Shown: piece by piece, positions 1-10,700 of the stretch | How the letters are laid out: each line of letters begins with the position of its first letter | How positions within the stretch are numbered: the stretch's first letter is position 1 | Source of the DNA: Candidatus Krumholzibacteriia bacterium | Lineage (GTDB): Bacteria > Krumholzibacteriota > Krumholzibacteriia > JAJRXK01 | Assembly (NCBI GenBank): GCA_041484665.1 | Contig: JBGPIA010000019.1 | Coordinates: 17,493 to 81,492 of the forward strand | Direction of reading: 5' to 3' | Length of the DNA stretch: 64,000 bases | The notes under the pieces: generated by a model | What the model was told of the DNA's origin: nothing | What the model saw: the letters and a program-made list of their open reading frames with translations, nothing else | Database searches by the model: none | Translations under genes and position numbers: made by a program

Positions 1-921
1 GCGTCGACGACAGTCTCAGAACATCTCGCATTGATGACGCGCCTCCTGTGCGATGGTGGCCTTGGGAAGAAGGAGCAGTTAGCGCTCTGCATGAAGCGTA
101 TGCTGGCCGCAGCGCATCACGGCAGGGCAGCGGACGTGCAGGCGGCCCTTGAAGAGCTGGCCACGCTTACGCCGGACGAACCCACGTTCTTGCGGGTGGC
201 GAAGCACAACGCAGCGTGCTCGTTCTACTTCCTTGGCAACTACCAGCATGCGATGGAACTAGCTGAGGCGCTGATCCGCGAGTACTACGACCATCTCGGC
301 ATCCATCCAGGCGATGTCCTCGCCAGGAACCCGAAGGACATCTGGCCGCTCCTGCGCGACACGGAGCGGGTTCAGGACGACCTAAAGCACCTCGCAGACG
401 AACTCGACTTGTACGCGCGGTGCTGCTCCGAACTCCGCGTGGAGTCCCGCCTCGCTCGTATTCACGCATTCAAGTTCTACACGATGGCAAACGCGCTCGA
501 ATCTGCCATCAAAGTTGGACAAGACGCGGTCGACGAGGTCCTCGACCGCGACGATCCCATCGGAGCCAGGCAGCTTCTCGAGGACTTGTTGCTGCCAGTG
601 GTCTACAGCGCAGACCTCGCAGACCGCGTCATCCCCGTACGCAGCCAGTACGCCGTCGTCCTCGCGTACTGCGGCGATTTCGCAGGCGCGGACGCAGAAA
701 TGCTACGGCTTACCCCGTACGAGTCAGGCCTAACTGACGATGGCAGGAAGGAACTACGCATACAGCGACGCCTCGTCGACAGACTCCGCGAAGCCCACGT
801 AGAGAAGCGACTCATCGCATCGACGGACAGGAAAGGCGCGCAGAAGGTCGGGCGCAACGAGCCGTGCCCGTGCGGCTCGGGGAGAAAGTACAAGAAGTGC
901 CACGGGGCGGGGAGCCGATGA
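1..921 (+). CDS. Helical (TPR-like) protein with C-terminal SEC-C zinc-binding motif, 5'-partial
   Basis: The frame is open from base 1. It ends [21 protein letters not shown] (canonical SEC-C). The upstream part is helical-repeat-like. Confidence 0.8.
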   Translation, partial: ASTTVSEHLALMTRLLCDGGLGKKEQLALCMKRMLAAAHHGRAADVQAALEELATLTPDEPTFLRVAKHNAACSFYFLGNYQHAMELAEALIREYYDHLGIHPGDVLARNPKDIWPLLRDTERVQDDLKHLADELDLYARCCSELRVESRLARIHAFKFYTMANALESAIKVGQDAVDEVLDRDDPIGARQLLEDLLLPVVYSADLADRVIPVRSQYAVVLAYCGDFAGADAEMLRLTPYESGLTDDGRKELRIQRRLVDRLREAHVEKRLIASTDRKGAQKVGRNEPCPCGSGRKYKKCHGAGSR

Positions 922-1032
922 ACCGCGCGTTGCCTCGAGGTCTGAAGGGAGACATTCAGTGCTCTGAGATGCCGGCTACCTCGCATGGGAGGTGCTCCAA
1001 AGGTCCTTGGATTGTCAGACGACCGGGGAGGG

Positions 1033-1345
1033 TGCCTGTTCCACGGAATCCGACCAGTCAGTCCACTCGAAATCGATCACCCATTCCACGGAAATCGGGC
1101 CACCCCCCTGGGGGCTGAACCGATCCCCTGATCGGAGCGTCGAGGCGGGACAGCCCACGGCCACCCTGCCGCCGGGAGGAGGGCGGTGGTGCCGCGCTCG
1201 AGGTTGACCATGCGGAAGATCCGCGAAGTCCCGCGCTTGACCCACGAGTGCGGGCTGAGCACCCGGCAGGTCGCCCTCGGATTGTCTCTGGCCCCCTACA
1301 AGGTGCGCGAGCGCTTGGAATGCGCGGCGTCAGCCGGCATTGGCC
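1033..1345 (+). mobile_element. IS21-family remnant: left end plus truncated istA 5' fragment
   Basis: Starts with TG and has spaced subterminal repeats (TTCCACGGAA at 1039 and 1084, degenerate copy near 1061). The ORF at 1186, PRSRLTMRKIREVPRLTHECGLSTRQVA..., matches the IstA N-terminal HTH. There is no DDE domain. Confidence 0.75.
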
Positions 1346-2999
1346 CGAGGGCACTGCTGGACGGGCTCGTCTGCTCGTACGCCCGTTCTGAGCCCATTCT
1401 GAGGACAAGCACGTCACTCCCAGTGTCGAGCGCTGCAACGTGGGCTGCAACGTGCCGGTCCAGGAACGCCTGATCCACCGCGTCAGGTTTGAGAATCCAG
1501 TGCTCGCGAATCGTCGTGGCGAACCGCCCAAGCACTAAGACCCACTCCCCAGCCGCAGCGCCTGAAATGAAAGTAGGGACGCCGCCAAGATCGATGACAG
1601 TCGCAATCACGAACCCACCGAGGCGGGCCCCGAGCAGGTACACGATGTGCGCGAACTTCGCGGACGGTGGACTGCCACTGCCTGACGTGAAGGTCGCGCG
1701 GAACTCCCGCTGAGGCTTGGACGGGTCCAAGAGCAGTGCCAGCTGCCGGAGATGGGCAGACGCACAGTACAGGTCGTGAGGAGTCATAGCGGTGTCCTGC
1801 GGTAGCTCGAACGCCGCTGCGACTTGCGTTGCGTACGCGATTACCTCCGCGAGCTCCCGCGCGCTCCGTACGACGGGCGCGGCGGGGTCAGGCACTTCGA
1901 AGCCGGTGAGGCGCCCGAATCCGTCGAGATCAATGAAAAGGCCATCTTCGGATCCTCGCGTGATAAGCCGGAGAACCTTCCCTATCTCCGCAAGCTGGGC
2001 CAGGGTGTAGCGGTGCGCTGGGGTGGGCAAGACGAAAGTGATCGTCGCGCCTTGGCGCTTTGGGTCCGCAATAATCTCAAGCAAGTCCGACTGCATGCGC
2101 ACGCGCCGATACTCGGGGGGAAGAAACGGAAAAACGCCCGCCGCCGCTCGTACGCTGCACTGATGTCTTGCGATGACGCTCCTGTTGTTGTTGGTGAGCG
2201 TGAGGACCGCAGGGCGAGGTTGCGGGCGGTCCGGCGTGATGAGCTCGGCGATGGCTTCCTCTGAGATCGGGAGCGGCACGGGGATGCCAAAGCGTACTTC
2301 CTCGAGCGCGACGGGACGGGCCTGGAGAGTCTGGCGTAAGCCAATCGCGAAGTCCGCAAGGATGTCATTCGCGTCCACACCCGCAGGGAACTCGAACTGC
2401 AGCTGAAACCGGTGGTGAAGCTCCCCAAGCTGCGGACCTGTGCGCCATTGCTCCTTGCACGCGATGTACTCGGCAAAACTCGGTCCAACGTATCGACGAA
2501 TCGCTGCGGCGAGCCCGGCACCACTGTCGTGATCGAGGCGGTCCACCTCTCGGAGCGGGACAGTCAGCGTCCGCCCGCTAAGGCGTCGCGTGCCCTGGGC
2601 ACGAAGTTCTCGGATGCGTCTGAGGGTGCGCTCAACGAGTGCTTCGTCGAAGTGAACGAGGTAGAACCCCACCTGGTGCGGTCCTGCCTGGAACACGAGC
2701 GCTGCGAGGAAGGCGGGATGGTACGCGTACGCCAGACGCTGCGCGCCAGCGAGGGATAGCCGAACCGACCTCTCGCGTTTCCGTGTCGCCTTCACCTGCA
2801 CGAACGCGACGATCTCGGGCGAGACGTCGATCGGGGCCAGAGAGCTTCCCGCATTGGCGTCTGCGGGCGGCACTTCGAGGAGGTAGTCCCAGCCACCGCG
2901 GTCCCGGTCCGGCCGGCTCGCGCGTATCCTTGTCTGCGCGCACACGAGCGCGAAGGCCTTCTCGGCAAGATACCCGAGATCATCTGACTCCCGGCTCAT
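1296..2999 (-). CDS. DUF4365-like PD-(D/E)xK nuclease-domain protein
   Basis: N-terminal LGYLAE...DRDRGGWDYLLE...FVQVKAT is a restriction-endonuclease-fold motif. Start placed at ATG 2999. The 3' end runs into the IS21 remnant. Confidence 0.7.
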   Translation of the reverse strand: MSRESDDLGYLAEKAFALVCAQTRIRASRPDRDRGGWDYLLEVPPADANAGSSLAPIDVSPEIVAFVQVKATRKRERSVRLSLAGAQRLAYAYHPAFLAALVFQAGPHQVGFYLVHFDEALVERTLRRIRELRAQGTRRLSGRTLTVPLREVDRLDHDSGAGLAAAIRRYVGPSFAEYIACKEQWRTGPQLGELHHRFQLQFEFPAGVDANDILADFAIGLRQTLQARPVALEEVRFGIPVPLPISEEAIAELITPDRPQPRPAVLTLTNNNRSVIARHQCSVRAAAGVFPFLPPEYRRVRMQSDLLEIIADPKRQGATITFVLPTPAHRYTLAQLAEIGKVLRLITRGSEDGLFIDLDGFGRLTGFEVPDPAAPVVRSARELAEVIAYATQVAAAFELPQDTAMTPHDLYCASAHLRQLALLLDPSKPQREFRATFTSGSGSPPSAKFAHIVYLLGARLGGFVIATVIDLGGVPTFISGAAAGEWVLVLGRFATTIREHWILKPDAVDQAFLDRHVAAHVAALDTGSDVLVLRMGSERAYEQTSPSSSALGPMPADAAHSKRSRTL

Positions 3000-3701
3000 G
3001 GTGACGAAGTCTACACCACGCACGTGCAAACGTGCACGGACCCATGCGGCGTAGGCGGCGCGGCACTTGGAGTTCGGCTCGCCCGATCGAACGGCGGCTT
3101 GCCCCGCTGGGGTTCGACAGGCCTTGGAGGCCGACGTAATCTGCCGGGGGCGACGGCGCTGGGCGGATGAAAACACTAGAAGACGAGGCAACTCCAACTC
3201 GGTGGTCCGGAAGCGAGTAGTGCGGATGGCGGGTGAGCATGACGCCGGGCGCTGCCCCGATGGGACGGACCGCGCTTGCTACGGTGGGCGCAACCCCGCG
3301 ACCGTGGATCCGCCATGGAGGGCGATAGAAGTGGATGCGACCGGGCGAGACCGCGGACGAAAGCGCACATCAGAAACTCAGGCGTGCGCACCAGACGCTA
3401 TGGAGCGCATCTGCCTGCTTCGCCCGTTCGAAGCCTGGCTCTCGTGCGAACTGACGACCTCATTCATCGACGAGCCCGTGTAGGGGCGAGCCGGTCGGTG
3501 CGCTCTGTCGATTGTCCCGTCGACGCACTAATTCCAAGGGGCTCGCCAGGACAGGGCCCAGAACGCGGCTTGAGCGCGCCCCCGCGGTCGTGGGGAAGTC
3601 AGACCCAAGGGGTGTACAACTGGCGAGCTTGGTATGAGATGGCGGTGTGTGGTAGCGTGAAGTCCAGCTGGCGCTCGTGAAGCCGACTTACAGGAACCCC
3701 G

Positions 3702-5510
3702 GTGGACCGTAGCTTCTTCATCGTCGTCAACGGCGAGTGGCTGCTGGACGGACCCTCGCATGCCAAACGCCTGAGCACGCAGGCCCTCTGCCCACTCGCG
3801 GACACCCTCGGCCACCTACGCGACGGCTGCCTGCTCCTCGTCAAATTCCGGGACCCTGGAGGCGGCCTGAGCGTCGACCCCTCGGCGCACCTCACGACAC
3901 TGGGCGACGCGTTCCACATCAAATCCGAACCCCTCGCCGCTGCGCTGCTCCGCGACCCGCTACGAGGTGCGCTGGTCGCCTTCTTCTTTGAGGGGACCGA
4001 CTCCGAGGCGCGATGCATCGTAGACGTGTGGAGTCACGAATTCCTCGCGGACGTCGAGCGCGCCGACCCGACCCTGCGACTGGAGGCATTCGATCTCCCC
4101 CCGCGCCGCTCGACCACGGTGGATGCGGAAGGCCTCATCCGTGCACTCTATCGGGCGGCGGGGACGCGCGATGCGGAGCTCTTCGCCGTGCACGCCTCGA
4201 GGTTCCTCGATTCCCCCCACATCATCACGGCGCTCTTCTCGCATCTCTTCTCCATCCGCTCGGACGACAACCTCCGATTCCCCATCCAAGTCAAGAAGAT
4301 CGCGGAACAACTCCGCATCCTCCTGGACGATCCCAAGTCCGCCGTGCGGATCGGCCACGTCCGCAAATCCCACCTGGACCTCTGGGCCGAAGCGCAAGGC
4401 CTACGCTTCGCGTTCTTGGACGGCGGGCAGGCACGTATCCCCGCGCTGCCTGGACTAGAGCCCATGGCCCTGCGGGTTGGCATCTACTCCGTCCGTCCAG
4501 GCGTCCCCCAGGGCGGGGATCGCGAGCGGTGGAGCATGACGCCCTTCGTGCTGGGCGACCTCATCGATCGCGCGCGCCGAGTGTCCGAGCGACCTGACGC
4601 GCGCCGATTCACGGAAGCCGCGCGGTACGTTCTCGAGCCCCTCGTTGGGTTGGAGCACCTGCGCAGCGCACCCGACACCCGAGTCCTGCTCGTCCACGGC
4701 CCGCTTATCAACCAATTCGTCCAGTACGACGAAGGCCCGCCGCACTTCATCCCCTTCATCGCGCCCACGTTCCTGCAGCGGTACGGCATCGACGAGCCGT
4801 CAGTCGCGCGCGTCGTTGCTGACGTACCCAGCGATACGTCAGGACAGCCGATGTGGAACCAGTTCATGGCGATCTACGCGTACGTCATGCACGCCATCCA
4901 CGCCTCAACCACGCCTATCGTCGGGGTCGTGGAGCGCGCGACTGGGCGCGCCGTCACGAGTGCCGTCCTGGCCCGCCTGAAGTTGGACCGCGTCGTAACC
5001 GCAGCTTACGTGGAGCGACTCGATCGCGAGCTAGAACAATACGAAATCACGGACGATTTTCTCTTCGGCTGCGTCCTGCGCGCCGGGGAATACCTCACCC
5101 CCGTGCCGATCCAGAAGAACCCGCCCCGGCGCGCGCAGGATCGCTGGGCGCCCGTCGTGCGTCGGTACCCGCAGCCCACAGCACTCCTGCTAAAGACCGA
5201 GGAAGCCAACTTCCCCTTCAGAGTGGAAATGAACGCGGCGGCCGCTGCCGAGCATTCCTTCCTCGTCCGCTTTCTTTTCCACACGGCGCGGCTGCTCCCG
5301 CGCTACGCGTTCCCGGTCGGACTGGACATCGTCGATAAGTACGCAAAAGTCCCTGACTGGATCTCGCGCGGCGTTTCCACGGAGCTCTCCGCGACGATGC
5401 TGCGCCGAGCGATGCGCACGGGTGACGCGAACATCGTCATGCAAATGCGACTCCTCTTGGCCAAGGGGCCGCGGGACTTCTTCTACCGGCCCGACGCACG
5501 AGGACTCTGA
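3702..5510 (+). CDS. nurA: NurA-family nuclease with ~190-aa N-terminal extension
   Basis: Motifs FAFLDGG, LLVHGPL, IVGVVER and C-terminal FPVGLDIVDKYAKVP. Lies directly upstream of HerA. Confidence 0.75.
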   Translation: MDRSFFIVVNGEWLLDGPSHAKRLSTQALCPLADTLGHLRDGCLLLVKFRDPGGGLSVDPSAHLTTLGDAFHIKSEPLAAALLRDPLRGALVAFFFEGTDSEARCIVDVWSHEFLADVERADPTLRLEAFDLPPRRSTTVDAEGLIRALYRAAGTRDAELFAVHASRFLDSPHIITALFSHLFSIRSDDNLRFPIQVKKIAEQLRILLDDPKSAVRIGHVRKSHLDLWAEAQGLRFAFLDGGQARIPALPGLEPMALRVGIYSVRPGVPQGGDRERWSMTPFVLGDLIDRARRVSERPDARRFTEAARYVLEPLVGLEHLRSAPDTRVLLVHGPLINQFVQYDEGPPHFIPFIAPTFLQRYGIDEPSVARVVADVPSDTSGQPMWNQFMAIYAYVMHAIHASTTPIVGVVERATGRAVTSAVLARLKLDRVVTAAYVERLDRELEQYEITDDFLFGCVLRAGEYLTPVPIQKNPPRRAQDRWAPVVRRYPQPTALLLKTEEANFPFRVEMNAAAAAEHSFLVRFLFHTARLLPRYAFPVGLDIVDKYAKVPDWISRGVSTELSATMLRRAMRTGDANIVMQMRLLLAKGPRDFFYRPDARGL

Positions 5511-5527
5511 GCGGAGGAACGATTACT

Positions 5528-7210
5528 ATGCCTATCCCGGGCATCCAGGTGGGAACAGTCGTCGGGAACACGTCCCCGCAGGAGTACCGGTTCTTCCTGC
5601 GCAGCTTCGCGGCGAAGCTCGGCGATCTCGTCTGCGTGGAAATGCCGGTGCCCAAAGCCGCTGCCGCACGCGAGACACGTGAGACCGAGGCCGTCGTAGT
5701 CTGGGGACGCATCGTCGAACTCGCGCGGTTCAACCCGTTCCTGCCCGCGGAAGCCGGCCAAGAACTCGCCGAGGAGGGCATCGAGCTGCGGGACACCGTG
5801 CTTTCTCTCTCGCGCGACCAGGTGGACGGGCGCGTGCTCGTCTTGGGAATGACCGCTGCGGACGACGTCACTCGACTGCGCCCATTAGGCTACCCAGTCA
5901 GCCCGGGCGCGGAGGTCTTGCTGCCCCCACCCGAAGCCGTAAGGCGGATCCTCACGGGGGACGAGGACGCGCCACGCCTGCGCCTGGGAAGCCTCATTGG
6001 GCGAACGAACGTCGATGTCCACATCAAAACGAACGCGATCGTAGCCCGCCACATGGCCATTCTCGCCATGACAGGCGGGGGCAAGACCGTGGCGGCGCGT
6101 CGCATCATCCGCGAGCTCGCAACGATCGGGTATCCGCTGCTCATCCTCGACCCGCATGGAGACTACCTCGGACTCTACACGAGGCGGGACCTCTTCCCCG
6201 GCCGCACCGTGAAGCTCTACTACCCAAATCTCGTAGTCAAGCAAGCCAACCGTGATCTCGTGGGCTACCTCGTCTCACGCATGACGCAAGGCTTCACGGA
6301 TCCCCAGCGGGAAAAGTACGACGAGGCCCTCGACAAAGTCGCCATCACCGACCAGGTGGACATCACACGCTTCATCGAACTCCTAGTACAAAAGCTCGAC
6401 GAGGTGCAACGGGCCGGTCACGCAGGGACGATCCCGGCCGTGAAGCGCGGCCTGCGCATCGTGCGCACGTACATCGAGGCGATGGAGAAGTCGAACGAGC
6501 GTCTCCGCAAGCGGGCCTCGCTGAGAGACTTTCCCTTCGAACCGATGCCGGACCCCCTCACCGAGCCGGCACGGTTCGTCCGGCCGAATCAGGTGAGCGT
6601 CCTCTACCTGGGCGGGTACGATCATCTCACGCAGTCGACCATCGTGGCGATCGTGCTCCGGCAACTGTTCGACCATCGCGCGTCGATGTCCAATGCCATC
6701 CCGCCGTTCCTAGCCGTGATCGAGGAAGCCCACAATTTCATTCCCTCCCACGGGGAGGGTCAGGTGGACACGCCCTCGGTCGAGGTGATCCGCAAAGTGA
6801 TCACGGAAGGACGCAAGTTCGGCACGGGACTCCTCCTAGTGAGCCAGCGCCCGAGTCGGCTCGACGAGACGGCGCTTTCGCAGTGCAATACCTTCCTGAT
6901 CTTCCGGTTGGTCAATCCGCGCGACCAAAGCTTTGTCGAGAAGGTCATGGAAAACCTGAGCCGAGACGACAGCCGACTCCTGCCCGGCTTTGGACCCGGA
7001 CAGGGCATCATCAGCGGGCAGGCCGTCCGCTTCCCCTTGATCATCCAAGTCGACCACGACCGTGAACTCGAAACATCGGCGATCGGGGACGAGAACTTCC
7101 TCGACGCGGCCGCCCAATGGGCGCACAGCCCGGAATCAGCGCTCGCGGCCCGCACCGAAACGCTAATCGCCGAGTTGGATCGTGACGGACCCCAGCCTCC
7201 AGCCGCGTGA
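5528..7210 (+). CDS. herA: HerA-family ATPase/helicase
   Basis: HAS-barrel-like N-terminus, Walker A AMTGGGKT, DPHGDY, Walker B VIEEAHNF, EGRKFG, SQRPS. Confidence 0.9.
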   Translation: MPIPGIQVGTVVGNTSPQEYRFFLRSFAAKLGDLVCVEMPVPKAAAARETRETEAVVVWGRIVELARFNPFLPAEAGQELAEEGIELRDTVLSLSRDQVDGRVLVLGMTAADDVTRLRPLGYPVSPGAEVLLPPPEAVRRILTGDEDAPRLRLGSLIGRTNVDVHIKTNAIVARHMAILAMTGGGKTVAARRIIRELATIGYPLLILDPHGDYLGLYTRRDLFPGRTVKLYYPNLVVKQANRDLVGYLVSRMTQGFTDPQREKYDEALDKVAITDQVDITRFIELLVQKLDEVQRAGHAGTIPAVKRGLRIVRTYIEAMEKSNERLRKRASLRDFPFEPMPDPLTEPARFVRPNQVSVLYLGGYDHLTQSTIVAIVLRQLFDHRASMSNAIPPFLAVIEEAHNFIPSHGEGQVDTPSVEVIRKVITEGRKFGTGLLLVSQRPSRLDETALSQCNTFLIFRLVNPRDQSFVEKVMENLSRDDSRLLPGFGPGQGIISGQAVRFPLIIQVDHDRELETSAIGDENFLDAAAQWAHSPESALAARTETLIAELDRDGPQPPAA

Positions 7211-7258
7211 TTCACACCCGAACTGGAACCGCCGCGGGAGAGCTGTCGCTCCGAACCG

Positions 7259-7756
7259 TCAGCTCCGCCCGCGGCTCTTGCGGTGGCGCGAGCTTCGGGC
7301 AACCCCAGCCCGGGTGTCCCGACGTCCGCGGCCCTCGAGCTGCCGGGACGAATTGGCCCTGACGGTCTTGGCGATGCGCGCGATGCAATCGTCGAGGTCG
7401 CGCGTTACCTCGTGCTGCCACAATCGAATAACGCGCCAGCCGGCGGCTCGTAGCTTGCGGAAGTTCCGCTGATCCCGCACGCGATTGCCTCGGAGCTTGG
7501 CCTTCCAGAACGGGGAGAGCCGGTGCTCCCACGTCGGCAAGCGATAGCCGTGCCAGAAGTCGCCGTCCACGAAAACGGCGACGCGGGCCGATGGGAAGAC
7601 GATATCCGGCCGTCCCGGGAGTGCTTTGGCGTGAGTGCGGAAGCGCAGTCCCCGCCGATGCAACGCCGACCCTACGAGCCGCTCAAGGTCGGTGTTACGG
7701 CTCTTGACGCGGGACATGCAGTAGCTGCGTTGCGCTGGCGTCAAGTTGTCTACCAT
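7259..7756 (-). CDS. vsr: Very-short-patch repair endonuclease
   Basis: MVDNLTPAQRSYCMSRVKSRNTDLE, LPGRPDIVF, FVDGDFWHG, GWRVIRLWQHE. Confidence 0.95.
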   Translation of the reverse strand: MVDNLTPAQRSYCMSRVKSRNTDLERLVGSALHRRGLRFRTHAKALPGRPDIVFPSARVAVFVDGDFWHGYRLPTWEHRLSPFWKAKLRGNRVRDQRNFRKLRAAGWRVIRLWQHEVTRDLDDCIARIAKTVRANSSRQLEGRGRRDTRAGVARSSRHRKSRGRS

Positions 7757-7770
7757 AGCCGGGGGCGTCC

Positions 7771-10700
7771 TCAGCGGCTGGCGCGGTACGCTCGTGCCGC
7801 CTGCATCCCGCAGAATTCGCGGAAATCGCACTCGGCGCAGCGCGTCCGCTTCGTCGCGTCGCGCGGTCCTTTCGTCGGGTCCGAGTGGAATTCTCGTCCT
7901 CTGATGCGCCGCGTGGTCTCCACAATCGTGCGGTGCGCCGCGGCGAGGGCTCCGTCGCTGAGCGGTATGCTCAATTCCTGGGACGCCGGGTCGACTTCGC
8001 CGAGATAGCGTACGAGTCCGCGGTCGGGTTCGTATTCCAGCTCGCGCTTCGCCGCGAGGCCGTACAAGCTGATTTGAAGGCGCATCTCGTCCTCATCGAG
8101 CTTGGTCGCGGCGTCGGACTCCGCGTCGCCGGACTTGAAGTCGATCAGCGTGACGCGTGGGGGGTCGTCGAGCCGGATCACGTCGATCGCGCCGGAAACA
8201 AGGGTATCTTCTTCCGGCAAGAGGGTCTCGAACTCCCGCTCGGGCTCAAAGTGCAAGCGCTGCAGTTCGGGTGCGTATCGGGCGATGTAGTCGGTCACGA
8301 CTGCGAGGGCTTTGGCCTCCATGTTCGCTCGTGGGTCGCCGGTGGTGTAGCGGAGGTAGAAGAGGCCACGGCGGATGAGGTCCTGGATTGCGTCTCTGAG
8401 GGCGCGTGGGTCCTGCGCGAGTGCCGCCCAGTGCGTCGGATTCGTGTGGATTGCGCGCATGAGATTGTGCACGCCGCGGCCGTATCCGAAGGCTTGATCG
8501 ATGGTGGGCGCAAAGCCGAGGACTTTGCGGAGGTAGAAGTCGTGAGGGCATTCCAAGTAGTAGCGCAGATCGGTGAAGGAGGTGATGAGTCGGATCTTCT
8601 CCTTGCCCGGTTCGCTGCGTCGATGCGTGACATTGCCGGGGATGCCTGCGGGATCGGACAGTGCCGCGCCCCCCACTGCTGGGATGAGGCGTGCAAGTTC
8701 TTTAAAGAACTTGGAGTGCCGATTCCCCGAGGAGGAGACGAAGGCGTAGCGTTCCGCCCGTGTGAGCGCGACGTACATGAGGCGGCGCTCGTCGTCGTTG
8801 TTCTCGTTGTCCGCCAAATCGGCGGGGTTGATGACGTCGCGAAACGCGCCGCTGAACGGCAGTGCCGGGGGCGTGCGCGCGCGGCTGTTGGGGAACCGCT
8901 GTGCGCAGACGTCGGCGAGGAAGACGGCGGCGTATTCGAGTCCTTTCGCGGCGTGCACGGTGCTGATGGTCACGGCGTCCGGCTGCACGAGGAGGGGGGC
9001 CTCGTTGGTTCTGGCGTTTCGCGCCCCCCAGAGGCACAGCGCGATGATCTGGTACTTGAAATCAGCGGGACTGGTCCAGCCGGGGGTCTCGATGCCTTTG
9101 ACGAGGTTGCTGAGCTGGCCGAGGTGGAACATCGCGGCGATACCGCGTGGTCCGAGAGCGTCCCACTCCTGGATGCCGGCCTCCGCGAGCAGCCAATGGT
9201 AGATCGCCTGCGGAAATACCCGTCGGAGTTGATCGGGTCGGCCGAGCCATTCTGCGAGTGATCGGGTCCGCACCTGGCCGCGCTCGTGCGCGTCGACGGG
9301 CTCCCCCTGTAGGCGCGTCGCAATGAGGCACGCGGCTCGAATGATGCGCTGGTCGGCGTCAGCGTCGAGGGGTAGGCCCGCGTCGGTCAACGCCTGGCAA
9401 GCGGTTCGAACGACATCCTCGGGGACGGGCTGACAGCCCAGTACGGTGCGAATCTGGTTGGGGAAGCTAGGACCGTGCTCTGCGCCGAGGAATTCTCCGA
9501 GGTCCACCGCGCGGCCGAGCGCGCCTGCGAAGAGGAGGACTTCGGGTTGTGTGAATAGGTCGGGGCCTGCGCGGAAGATGGCCGGGATGCCGGCTCGTTG
9601 CAGGGCTGTCATGTACTCTCGGGCGTTAGTGGAGCTGCGGAGCAGTATGGCGATGTCCGAGTAGGTCAGGCCGCGCTCTCCCTCCGCGGAAGTGTCGTGG
9701 TACGCCCCCTCTTGGGTTGAGGGTTGGATGAGGGTTTGGATCGTCCGGGTGATCCACGCGGCTTCGTCCGCTCGGGTCTGCAAGCTCAGCAATGCCGTGT
9801 GGGTCGGGTCCTGATCTGTCCGGTGCATCCTGCCGTGCTCCATCGCCGGGCTGGGGAGGCTCGGGATCGCGTTGATGGTCGCGGCCCATCGATTCGCGAT
9901 GCTCACGATGCGCGGGGTGGAGCGGTAGTTGTGCGTGAGGTCGTAGACGGCCCCGTCTGCGTCCTGCTGCAGCTGCGCGGCGAGTTCGCTCATGATCGTG
10001 ACCCTGCTGCCGCGGAAGCGGTAGATCGCTTGACGGTGGTCTCCCACGGCGGTCAGCGTCCCCGCTTGCCCGATGAGCAAGATGATGAGGGCATTCTGGA
10101 TGGGGTTGACGTCTTGTACTTCGTCGACGACCAGATGGGTTGTGCTGCGGCGGAGCCGGTCGAGCGCGTCCGGGTGGGCGGCGAGCTTGCGGACGAGTTC
10201 GGATTGGGATGTGCTGAAGTCCAAGAAGCGGCGGCACAACAGGTAGGCGTAGTAGCGCGCGGCCGCGGTCGCGAACGCGCGGGCTGCCTCATCATCCCCG
10301 ATCTCGGTGCGGAGCGCGGCTTGCGTGCACCACTCCCTTTCCGCCTCGATCGTGTGTGGGGTATCTTCCGGGGCGAGCGCCACGTCGAGTTGGTTGTATT
10401 CGTTCAGAAGGTCGTAGGCCGCGCTGAAGCTGTCGATCGCCTGGAGCTGTCCCGTGCCGAGTGCGTCCTGAAATGATCGCAGTCCGAGGATGCCGTGGTA
10501 ACCACGGTAGATCAGGGCGTGGCGTGCCGTCTCGTCGATGACGTCGAAGTTGTGGTAGTGATCCGGGAATAGCTCGCGCAGCATCTTGAGACAGAAGGCG
10601 TGGATAGTGCCGACGTACATGCCCCCCAGGGTTGCGTCCTCACCTGTCGGGGTGATGGCCTGCAGGTGGCGTCGAATGCGGAATTTCATCTCTTCCGCGG

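Noticed and set aside
1033..1110. Short spaced repeats as a mini-CRISPR
   Set aside because: The period is only ~22 bp, there are no cas genes, and the position fits IS21 subterminal repeats.
7771..8600. Cas4-like nuclease as a sign of CRISPR adaptation
   Set aside because: It is the C-terminal domain of a UvrD helicase, and no cas1/cas2 or array is present.
7885..9261. 458-aa + strand ORF (also 41223-42662, 46491-47903, 58440-59855 and similar)
   Set aside because: These are antisense shadows of well-supported genes, expected in high-GC DNA, and carry no motifs.
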